The notes under the pieces are model-generated. The model worked only from the letters and a program-made list of their open reading frames with translations, was not told the DNA's origin and searched no databases. A DNA stretch of 64,000 bases from an uncultured Gammaproteobacteria bacterium (lineage in GTDB: Bacteria > Patescibacteriota > Microgenomatia > JALYQM01): contig CAZHTP010000003.1 in NCBI GenBank assembly GCA_964535655.1, positions 65,186 to 129,185 on the forward strand, read 5' to 3'. The position numbers were made by a program, and so were the translations under genes. Shown in pieces: positions 56,272-64,000 of this stretch (its first letter is position 1; every line of letters begins with the position of its first letter).

Positions 56272-57240
56272 TTAGTAGTATTTCTTTTTCATGAAGGCAA
56301 ATACCGCAGAGATGAGCACTGATACACCACCAATTATGGCATACATAACTCCGTCATTTACACCAGCTTGAGGAAGGGTGCTTGCATCGGCCACTACTCG
56401 ATCTGGGGTTGGCGTTGATGACGACTGTGCAACAACAGGTGTTGAGGAAGCCGATGAACTCGGTGCAGGTGTGCTGGTAGCACTTGATGAGGGAGCCGGC
56501 GTATTTGTTGGGGTTGGGGTTGGGGTATTTGATGGTCCACCGACAGGCGGCGTTCCCGTGGGACTTGCTGTTGGGCTCGCGGTAGGTGAAGCAGTAGCCG
56601 AGCGTGTTGGAGTTGGTGATGGTGATGGTGATGGTGATGGTGTGTAGCGTGGGGATCCCGTTGGAGAGTGAGTTGGTGATGCTGCTGGCGAACTAGTCGG
56701 TGTTGGGGATGGACTTCTAGTTGGAGTGGGTCGAGGAGTGCTTGAAGCGCTACACTTGCTTGTATCTGGCGCAATATATCTTCCGAAATCTGGTCCGGTA
56801 AAATCTAGCTGGTATGGTAAGCATAATCGACCAACTAAAACTTCCCATGACTCGCCAGGGCCTACAGTAATTTCGCCTTTCGGATTTGCTGCATTATCCC
56901 AACAGTCCTGACCACCGGGTTGATCAGGACGACAGTCAATCTGCCATCCAATTTTTCTTGTGGTTGAAGCATTGTTCTTTACTTTGATCCAACCTTCTTG
57001 ATCTTGAGAAGCAAAGTCCCAATCACCATTCTTTTCACTGGTATAGTGTCCACTTGCAGGTACAGGAAAAGGATCTGTTTTAAATACTGAGGCAGTTGGT
57101 AAAGTATATGCATTACTTTTTTGAACTTGATTTTGATTCTTATTTAAATATAAGAAAATGAAGGTACCCGCAACAAGAGCAACTATAAACAGTGAAGAAA
57201 AAATTAATATAAGCTTTTTTGAATTCATTGGAAAAGGCAC
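56272..57240 (-). CDS. secreted Pro/Thr/Ser-rich protein with a C-terminal LPQAG-hydrophobic-KKKYY sorting-signal-like tail
   Basis: An N-terminal signal/TM segment, a 130-aa folded domain (CRPDQPGGQDCW), a 120-aa PT/PS repeat linker and the tail STLPQAGVNDGVMYAIIGGVSVLISAVFAFMKKKYY. Confidence 0.5.
   Translation of the reverse strand: MPFPMNSKKLILIFSSLFIVALVAGTFIFLYLNKNQNQVQKSNAYTLPTASVFKTDPFPVPASGHYTSEKNGDWDFASQDQEGWIKVKNNASTTRKIGWQIDCRPDQPGGQDCWDNAANPKGEITVGPGESWEVLVGRLCLPYQLDFTGPDFGRYIAPDTSKCSASSTPRPTPTRSPSPTPTSSPAASPTHSPTGSPRYTPSPSPSPSPTPTRSATASPTASPTASPTGTPPVGGPSNTPTPTPTNTPAPSSSATSTPAPSSSASSTPVVAQSSSTPTPDRVVADASTLPQAGVNDGVMYAIIGGVSVLISAVFAFMKKKYY
56615..56644. repeat. coding microsatellite (GGTGAT)x4 within the PT-rich gene
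   Basis: ggtgat repeats four times at 56615-56638 and encodes PSPSPSP on the minus strand. A second microsatellite, (GTTGGG)x3, lies at 56507-56524. Confidence 0.7.
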
Positions 57241-57274
57241 CTTTATATATTCAATAGTAGAGGATGCCTGTTCC

Positions 57275-59296
57275 TTATGTCAATGGTGAATGAACCTTAT
57301 TGATACCAAGGAGTATAGCTTTAATGCGTACTACATCTTTGGCAATTTTTTCGTCTTTCTGAATCTTAAAAGTACCTTTTATCTCACCCGTATTTGTGAC
57401 ATGTGGGCCACCGCAAAATTCTCTTGAGTAGACTGCGTCTCTTTGGGCTATTTCATTCTCTCCCCCAATGGCTCCCCCTACCCTCCCCTCTTTAGGTTGT
57501 GGGCCGATAGTATATACTTTGACAATGTCTGGATACTTCTCACCGAATAGCCCTATTGCACCAACTTTTCGAGCAATCTCAAATGGCATATTCTGAAAAT
57601 ATACTGGAATTTTTTCCTGAATTTTTTGGTTAACCGCATCCTCTACCCTTTTAATTTGCTCAGGAGTCAGTCGTTCGCTTGAAGTAAAATCAAAACGTAA
57701 ACGTTCATTGGTAATATTTGAGCCTCGTTGTACGGCATGCTCACCAACTACATCTCGTAATGCCTGTTGAAGAAGATGGGTCGTTGTGTGGTATTGAATG
57801 GTTTGCTCGGAATGTTCGGCTAAGCCGCCCTTAAACATGCCAGCCGATGAAGATCGGGAAAGATCCTGGTGGGCTTTAAATAGTTGTTCAAATACAGATT
57901 GAATCTCTTGACGACGATCAAGATCGATTTCACCAGGAAATGCTTTTTCGTACTCATCAAGGAATATATCGCTTGGGAGCCCATTGGACTGGTATAAATT
58001 GAAAGCTGCTTTTGCGATATCATTATTTTTTTCAATTTTTAATTTGAGCGTATGCTTTACTTCATCGAGAGCTTTGTCTAGTGTTTTTCTAAACTTGGTC
58101 TCTTCTTCTTCAATTACTCCCAATATGGCAGAGTCTGCTACCTGCGGATATTGCCCTTTATACATGTTCTGAATTATGGGAATAATATCTTGAGTGAAAT
58201 TTTCAGTTAACCCAAGCGTTCGCGCTGCACCAATTGCCCTACGGATAATGCGGCGCATCATGTATCCTTGCGCTTTATTGGAGGGGATAACACCGTCTGA
58301 GGCGAGCATTACTGCGGCCTTTAAATGGTCGGCGATAACACGATAGGCTTTTTGAGACTCACCGTGATACATTTGGTGGGACAATTGTTCGATTTTTAGG
58401 ACAATGGGCCAAAATAAATCAGTAAGGAAAACATCGGAATTATCATATGCTGCGGCAAGCATACGCTCCAATCCTCCCCCGAAATCGATATTTTTATGCT
58501 CGAGCTCTTTTAAGGTACCGTCGTCTTGTTTTACATACTGCATAAAAACTGAATTGCCAATTTCCATGAAGCGACCACAATCACAGTTTACGTGGCAAGG
58601 AAGATCTTTAAATGGAGAATTCTCATGTAGTTTGTGGTGTTCACCAAAATCATAAAAGATTTCAGAGTCGGGTCCACCTGGCTCACCTGATGGCATTTTG
58701 GAAGGAACACCCGCGCGCGACCACCAGTTCTTTTTGGTGCCGTAGCCGAAAATTCTTCCATTTTGCAATCCTTTTTCTGGGGAATTATCAACATACTCCG
58801 CACTGATGCCGTGTTCCTTAAATAAAGCTTTCCAAATATCTATCGCATCGATGTCTGGCCCCAAAGTACTTACCGAACCGTCACTATTACGGATCTGAGC
58901 TGTATCATCCCCCTTACAGACGGTTACGAATAGTTTAGTTGGATCTAGCCCAACTTCTTTAGTTAGAAACTCAAAGATCCACGGTAATTGTTCTTTTTTG
59001 AAATAGTCCCCCAATGACCAATTTCCGAGCATTTCAAAAGCCGTGGTATGGCGATTATCCCCTACTTCTTCGATATCTTCAGCGCGGAAACAGCGCTGAG
59101 AATCAACAATCCGATTACCTTCAGGGTGAGTTTCTCCTAAGAAATAGGATAGCATTGGCTGCATTCCTGAATTTACAAACAGCGTTGTTGGGTCATTTTG
59201 AGGTATGATGGGTGCTGAGGGGACTTTTGCATGATTTTTAGACTGAAAGAATTCAAGATATTTTTTACGGAGATCATTGCCGGTTAGTTGTGACAT
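57275..59296 (-). CDS. alaS: alanyl-tRNA synthetase (catalytic, tRNA-recognition and editing domains; no C-Ala domain)
   Basis: PSAPIIPQNDPTTLFVNSGMQPM class II motif, editing-site HTTTHLLQQAL (HxxxH) and CGGPHV. The start is taken as ATG 59296, because the 28-codon upstream extension in the ORF track is unlikely to be translated. Confidence 0.9.
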   Translation of the reverse strand: MSQLTGNDLRKKYLEFFQSKNHAKVPSAPIIPQNDPTTLFVNSGMQPMLSYFLGETHPEGNRIVDSQRCFRAEDIEEVGDNRHTTAFEMLGNWSLGDYFKKEQLPWIFEFLTKEVGLDPTKLFVTVCKGDDTAQIRNSDGSVSTLGPDIDAIDIWKALFKEHGISAEYVDNSPEKGLQNGRIFGYGTKKNWWSRAGVPSKMPSGEPGGPDSEIFYDFGEHHKLHENSPFKDLPCHVNCDCGRFMEIGNSVFMQYVKQDDGTLKELEHKNIDFGGGLERMLAAAYDNSDVFLTDLFWPIVLKIEQLSHQMYHGESQKAYRVIADHLKAAVMLASDGVIPSNKAQGYMMRRIIRRAIGAARTLGLTENFTQDIIPIIQNMYKGQYPQVADSAILGVIEEEETKFRKTLDKALDEVKHTLKLKIEKNNDIAKAAFNLYQSNGLPSDIFLDEYEKAFPGEIDLDRRQEIQSVFEQLFKAHQDLSRSSSAGMFKGGLAEHSEQTIQYHTTTHLLQQALRDVVGEHAVQRGSNITNERLRFDFTSSERLTPEQIKRVEDAVNQKIQEKIPVYFQNMPFEIARKVGAIGLFGEKYPDIVKVYTIGPQPKEGRVGGAIGGENEIAQRDAVYSREFCGGPHVTNTGEIKGTFKIQKDEKIAKDVVRIKAILLGINKVHSPLT

Positions 59297-59321
59297 GATG
59301 GGATTATATCTTGAAGCTGCC

Positions 59322-59534
59322 CTAGGGTAAAGAGTGCTTAATCTGGCGTAAAGTAGACAACAGCATAAGAGCTGACGCATACCAGGTACAGCGTTGGGCA
59401 GTAAAGAGGTTCCCGAATAGGAATAAGAAGCCTGAAAGGATAAATAGGCTCATTGCGGCATGCCAGAAATATTTTCCTTTAAAAATTATGGAAAAGACGA
59501 GTATTACAATAAACAGAAGATCTTGTGGCTTCAT
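59322..59534 (-). CDS. small two-TM membrane protein (70 aa)
   Basis: Two hydrophobic helices. Its start lies 1 nt after the stop of the YfhO-like gene, consistent with translational coupling. Weak. Confidence 0.35.
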   Translation of the reverse strand: MKPQDLLFIVILVFSIIFKGKYFWHAAMSLFILSGFLFLFGNLFTAQRCTWYASALMLLSTLRQIKHSLP

Positions 59535-59535
59535 A

Positions 59536-61599
59536 TTACGAACTCCTCACTTTTCTGTTTATATACAACATCCCGGTTATTGTTAATGCAATGATAGTTA
59601 TAGATATTCCTAACCCGATGTCTGCATACCCCTGTCCTGAAAATTGAACTATTGCGCTGCCTGATTTTAGATCAGATGTAGGAAATTCGATTAATCCATT
59701 TTGATCCTGCGTTGCGGAAACTTTATTATTCCCTTGTATTAATTGCCAATGAGGGTCAAAACGTTGAGAGAATTTTAAAGGAAACGGAATATTTTGTAGC
59801 GAAACTGAATAGCTAATTGGATTCTTCATGCTATACACCGTATCCATCTCACTAAAATCATTAGATTGCGTTAATAGTACTCCCTTTTTATTTGTGTGAT
59901 AGATCTTTCCCGCTGGTTGTAACCATCCCACCTGACTTATCTTTTGCTGGTACTGCAGTTTAGTATCTGGGTCGTATTTACGGTCATACATATATACAGT
60001 ATGGTCTACATCGGGAGATACGATAACATAATTGATCGCTAGCTTTTGAAAGATATCTTCTGTATAGGGATCGTCGAGAAAAGAAATTTGGTCAGCTATC
60101 TGATTGTGCAGATCTTCTTTGGTGAATTCTTTTTTATTTGGCAATGGAGCCGTAGTTTTTTGACACAAAGATGGTATACATTCTGGATAATTACGCAGTT
60201 CATTTAAAGATACCGCTGGATGATTGGTATCGTAGTATCCATACATTTCGCGTGAAGGAGTCCATAATACTCTTCCAAATGACTTGTCTGCTTTTAGTGT
60301 TTTCTCAATTTCCTGAAATTCTTGCGGATAGGTGCGATAGGCCAGAGTGCCTCCAATGGAATGAGTGAAGGTCGGCCCCCAAATATAGCTAATACAAATA
60401 ACAACTAAAGATATTAAGATGGCTTTCACTTTATTGCTTAACGTACTTTCGATTAATTCTTTGGCAGTCATTCCTATAAGCACTGAGTAAGCGATACTAA
60501 GTGGTAGAAAAAATTTAGTTGAGTCGCGAAACCAATTAAACATCGGGATATGTTGAAAAGCCCAAACGTAGATTTGCCCTAATGGCTCGTTAGCACCTTT
60601 GGCCAGGAAGGCAGATACTATGGCAACGATGGAAAAATAGAGAGTTAATTTCGCAGGTTTTTTTGTTAGCCAAAAGGCAAGGAGGGGAAGTATTAAGGCA
60701 AGTCCACTAATTTCTTTTACAACACCAAAAAGGTTATCCGGATAGTTGGGATGAGTCCAGGCAATAGCGTGGGCGAACCGACCAAAACTAAAAAACTCTA
60801 CTGACTGAACTGATGCATATCCTACGGGAAGTGAGACACTTTGCACAAGAATTGAAGGAATTATCCAATACGCATGATAGCCTGCAACTATGAGTGTCGT
60901 GATAATTAGTTGTATCAAATATGATATAGAAAGCTTTTTCTTTTGCGAAGACTTGAGCCACATCCCCATATATGCGCCGCTAATAAGTAAAACTGTTAAT
61001 AAGGCCAGACGAGAATCGAAAGAGACGAGGATGGCTGTTGTAAGAGCTGCTATTAACACCCACTTAATTTGAATTGACCATCTAAGATTGTTTTTTTGAA
61101 TTTGAAGTACTTTAAAATAAGTTGCAATTACAAGTGGAGAGAAGCCGTAAGCGAACGCTACACCAAGCTGGCCACCAGATATCAGCATTAGGAAATATGG
61201 ATTAATACAATACAACAGAATTGCGACTGCCCTTCCCCATGGATTTTTAATTTGTTGACGAGATAAGACGGTTATCGAAATAACAGTTGTTATTAGAGCT
61301 GGAAATAAGAAAATTATTTTATGTAAAAGAAAAGGATTAGCTATATAACTTGTAAGAGTATTTGCTATAAAGGCATAATAAAAAAATGGAAGTGTGAAGA
61401 GAATTGTTTGACCAAAGCCATTATTCAAAGAAAAATCCCAAATGTAAGGACGTGAACTATATACTCTAAAATGATCGTAATTAACAAAATTGAAATCTCC
61501 GCCAAGAATGACGGGTGAATATAACCAGCTAGAGAAAACCCAGATCAGCAGAATTACAATTATTAGAGACGGAAGTTTCTTACGAATATTTTCTTTCAT
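59536..61599 (-). CDS. YfhO-like GT-C membrane glycosyltransferase (copy 2)
   Basis: About 11 N-terminal TM helices, a 250-aa extracytoplasmic domain and a final C-terminal TM helix IGLGISITIIALTITGMLYI. This topology matches YfhO-family proteins. Confidence 0.5.
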   Translation of the reverse strand: MKENIRKKLPSLIIVILLIWVFSSWLYSPVILGGDFNFVNYDHFRVYSSRPYIWDFSLNNGFGQTILFTLPFFYYAFIANTLTSYIANPFLLHKIIFLFPALITTVISITVLSRQQIKNPWGRAVAILLYCINPYFLMLISGGQLGVAFAYGFSPLVIATYFKVLQIQKNNLRWSIQIKWVLIAALTTAILVSFDSRLALLTVLLISGAYMGMWLKSSQKKKLSISYLIQLIITTLIVAGYHAYWIIPSILVQSVSLPVGYASVQSVEFFSFGRFAHAIAWTHPNYPDNLFGVVKEISGLALILPLLAFWLTKKPAKLTLYFSIVAIVSAFLAKGANEPLGQIYVWAFQHIPMFNWFRDSTKFFLPLSIAYSVLIGMTAKELIESTLSNKVKAILISLVVICISYIWGPTFTHSIGGTLAYRTYPQEFQEIEKTLKADKSFGRVLWTPSREMYGYYDTNHPAVSLNELRNYPECIPSLCQKTTAPLPNKKEFTKEDLHNQIADQISFLDDPYTEDIFQKLAINYVIVSPDVDHTVYMYDRKYDPDTKLQYQQKISQVGWLQPAGKIYHTNKKGVLLTQSNDFSEMDTVYSMKNPISYSVSLQNIPFPLKFSQRFDPHWQLIQGNNKVSATQDQNGLIEFPTSDLKSGSAIVQFSGQGYADIGLGISITIIALTITGMLYINRKVRSS

Positions 61600-61892
61600 T
61601 GATTAGGCTTCTCTACATTTTCTGAACTGATTAAATAATATGTCTGTTGGGCTATTGCTATAATGAAGGTGATCACGACATACCCTGCAAGAAATCCAGC
61701 GACATCATCTTTTTGTATAAGATTTCCGATCAGAGCAACTCCCAGCAAAAATAACCCTAAACGGGCGGTAGTAGTTGATGTGATATTGAATCTCCTTATT
61801 ATTACCAAATAGAGAATTGTAACAAGGATTTGAATTATGTTGATTGCTTGTTTATCAATTATGCTCAAAATTCCTGCTAATATGTCATTCAT
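61596..61892 (-). CDS. GtrA/GtcA-like small membrane protein (putative lipid-linked sugar flippase)
   Basis: A 98-aa protein with 3-4 TM helices, overlapping both YfhO-like neighbours by ATGA, as in csbB/gtrA/yfhO-type glycosylation loci. Confidence 0.4.
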   Translation of the reverse strand: MNDILAGILSIIDKQAINIIQILVTILYLVIIRRFNITSTTTARLGLFLLGVALIGNLIQKDDVAGFLAGYVVITFIIAIAQQTYYLISSENVEKPNQ

Positions 61893-64000
61893 TATAATTT
61901 TTTCCTAAAAATTATAGCTCCAGCTAATAATATTGAAATTGTAACAATAGTGATTATACTCCCCTTAGTGCGATAATTCTCTGCAGCAAAGGAAATTGTA
62001 ATCAAATAATCTCCTTTTTGATTAATCTCCCACGAATTTGCATATCCATTTGCTATTTGATGTTTTTCGTTGCTTATCTTTTGACCATTGCTTGTAGCTG
62101 TCCATAAGGGGTGAAAAGCTTCGGAAAAAACAAGCACAAAGGGCTCTTGAGCATTTTGCACTTTTACTGAATACCGGGTAGGATTAATTTTAGTAAAATT
62201 AATTTCAGGTAGTGTATTTTCCTGATATTGAGTATTATTTTTTATTGCTACTAACTCAGAATCAAATACTTTTTCTACTCGTAAATTTTTTATGATTATT
62301 TCTGATGAGTTGGTATACAAATCTTTAATTTGTTTGTTTTGACATTTATTCTCCCAAAAAATAACTCTTTTAACTAATTGTTCACAATTGTTCCAGGAAA
62401 CTAAGCTAAAACCTATGCTTGCGCTTCGCGCGCTTGTATTAGGAGAAATTACCTGAGAATAAGATTGCCAATCATAAAACTTTTCCCTGATGGGAAGTGT
62501 TTGATGAAAGGCTGGAGTTACTTGGCCGTCTTTGATGTCGGTATCATTTATAAACTGTAATTCGGGCATAACTCCGGCTCGAAGAAAATAATCAAAACTT
62601 ACTTGATATTTTTCATAGGGATTAAAATTATTTATCGCAAATTCTTTTCTTGCAGATTTTTTACCTGAGTTAAGTACAAAATTGTCTTGGGTTTGAGTTA
62701 TCAGATTGTGGGGAGTGAATTTTGAGATTTTTACTTCGTGTTCACCTTCCTGGAATGTATACTCTCCCAGGTCTATTTGTTTCTTTGTCTGTGCATTAAC
62801 TATGTTTTGTGGTTGACCATCAATTAAGGCTTTTAATGTACTCCCCGTTTCGAAGTTATGATCGATATCGCTGCTGTCTAGAAGTAACTTATATGCTCCG
62901 GAATCTTTAGATTTCATTCTATAGGTGTAATAGTCAGGATCAAATGGATAGGATTGTGTTGAGGCGATAATTTGGCCAAGTTTTTCTTTTAGCAGTTTTA
63001 TTTCGGGCAGTGCAGAATCTGGGATAGCATTAAGTACATAATATTGTCGCAATAGCGCTTCTTTAGCTAAGGTATTTTCCGTAATCCATTTAATGTTTAA
63101 TTTATCTAGGTATTCCTTGTAGTTATCGGCCGCAATCTTAAGAGTTTCTTTATTGGTATTTTTATTTATGAGCGTATTTAACTCAACTAATCTCTTACTG
63201 GACCTATTAACTTGTAAAAAATCTTTATCTTCGGTATTTGCTCCCCACTCTTCTATTCTTTCTTTTAATCGTATTAATAAGTACGACCATTTATCAGGAG
63301 TACTGCGAATTGTTGGTAGTTCACTAAGTGCGTTTTCTTTATTAACTTTTAGAGTGGTATTGCTAGCAAGATCTGCTTTTATTATTGATTGAGATGTTAA
63401 AGATTTAACAACCGATTGATCTTCAGTTTGATGATTAAGAAATATTGTTCCGCTAGAATAGTTTGCGTAGGGTAAGACATCGTTAAAAATATTTTCATTT
63501 TCTGTAAGAATTATCTTATTGCTGGCGTAAACTCGCGGCAAATATTTTTCATCTGAGATTTTGTAAAAATTTAACTGGCCGAACTTTTGATCAGATTCGA
63601 TATACGGAATTTGTTTAGCAAGTGTATTTTCAATATATTTTGGATTAGTAATCTTTCTGTCTATAAAGTTGATATCCTCTCTCCTTAACAAATATTTAGC
63701 ATTTAAAAGCTGCATCATTTGATACAAATTACCCGGATGGGTGAAAAGAATTTGCTCTACCTGATCTGTGATTGGTTTAAAAAACTGGATAGATGTGGAA
63801 AAAGAGATAAAAGGGGTGGTGAATAATCCATTGGAGACTTCTACTCCTGAATATCCCCACAAATAGGTCATCCCTTCCCCACTCATAGGAACAGCGATTG
63901 CTCTAAATGGTCCGGAAGTTTCTTGGTTTTTACTTAGATACTGATTGGCCGTTTTGTAATATTCAGGTACTTGAACGTAGTCATTATAGAAAACGAGTCC
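61892..64000 (-). CDS. YfhO-like GT-C membrane protein (copy 1), 5' end beyond the window
   Basis: The frame is open to the window edge, with no stop between 63887 and 64000. It consists of a large extracytoplasmic domain and a C-terminal TM helix IITIVTISILLAGAIIF. The N-terminal TM bundle presumably lies upstream of the window. Confidence 0.45.
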   Translation of the reverse strand, partial: GLVFYNDYVQVPEYYKTANQYLSKNQETSGPFRAIAVPMSGEGMTYLWGYSGVEVSNGLFTTPFISFSTSIQFFKPITDQVEQILFTHPGNLYQMMQLLNAKYLLRREDINFIDRKITNPKYIENTLAKQIPYIESDQKFGQLNFYKISDEKYLPRVYASNKIILTENENIFNDVLPYANYSSGTIFLNHQTEDQSVVKSLTSQSIIKADLASNTTLKVNKENALSELPTIRSTPDKWSYLLIRLKERIEEWGANTEDKDFLQVNRSSKRLVELNTLINKNTNKETLKIAADNYKEYLDKLNIKWITENTLAKEALLRQYYVLNAIPDSALPEIKLLKEKLGQIIASTQSYPFDPDYYTYRMKSKDSGAYKLLLDSSDIDHNFETGSTLKALIDGQPQNIVNAQTKKQIDLGEYTFQEGEHEVKISKFTPHNLITQTQDNFVLNSGKKSARKEFAINNFNPYEKYQVSFDYFLRAGVMPELQFINDTDIKDGQVTPAFHQTLPIREKFYDWQSYSQVISPNTSARSASIGFSLVSWNNCEQLVKRVIFWENKCQNKQIKDLYTNSSEIIIKNLRVEKVFDSELVAIKNNTQYQENTLPEINFTKINPTRYSVKVQNAQEPFVLVFSEAFHPLWTATSNGQKISNEKHQIANGYANSWEINQKGDYLITISFAAENYRTKGSIITIVTISILLAGAIIFRKKL

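Noticed and set aside
56394-56774. His/Gln-rich ORF (HHHHHHHHH) and a Gly/Val-rich ORF (56378-56647) overlapping the PT-rich gene
   Set aside because: These are alternative frames or the antisense strand of the low-complexity PT/PS repeat region. Such repeats always produce open alternative frames.
1-64000. CRISPR arrays, rRNA or tRNA genes
   Set aside because: No direct-repeat/spacer periodicity was seen anywhere. No tRNA-like T-arm or anticodon-stem signatures and no rRNA-like stretches were recognised by eye. Absence cannot be proven without tRNAscan or Infernal.

Overview
This 64 kb window is low-GC (about 38-40% by eye) and reads as chromosomal DNA from a small-genome bacterium. The standard genetic code applies: rpoB and rpoC are intact at 1148 and 1231 aa. 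Most genes lie on the minus strand in tightly coupled operons. Housekeeping genes recognised: rpoB-rpoC, ddl-murF, mltG, alaS, lysS, engB, mscL, mntH, nrnA, pgeF, hsp20 and a carboxypeptidase Taq (M32). Accessory content, in window order: a six-gene glycan operon (GT4, helical protein, GT4, two GH130-like beta-propellers, MsbA-like ABC exporter); a disrupted mpg DNA-glycosylase pseudogene; an unusual ABC-type ATPase with an in-frame TGA, next to a stand-alone HNH nuclease; a compact NB-ARC/STAND-like NTPase divergently paired with an adenylate-kinase-like protein directly upstream of rpoB; an FtsA/actin-like protein fused to a transmembrane segment and an extracytoplasmic domain; a stand-alone triple topoisomerase-type zinc-ribbon protein; a HelD-like helicase split by a T-run frameshift; an ABC-2 exporter whose ATPase is split at a G5/T5 homopolymer; a 588-aa protein with three tandem sigma-70 region-4-like HTH modules; a LysRS fused to a B3/4 domain; and a YfhO-GtrA-YfhO-like surface-glycosylation cluster. 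No rRNA, tRNA or CRISPR array was recognised by eye. Every identification rests on motif recognition in the supplied translations, and none was checked against a database.
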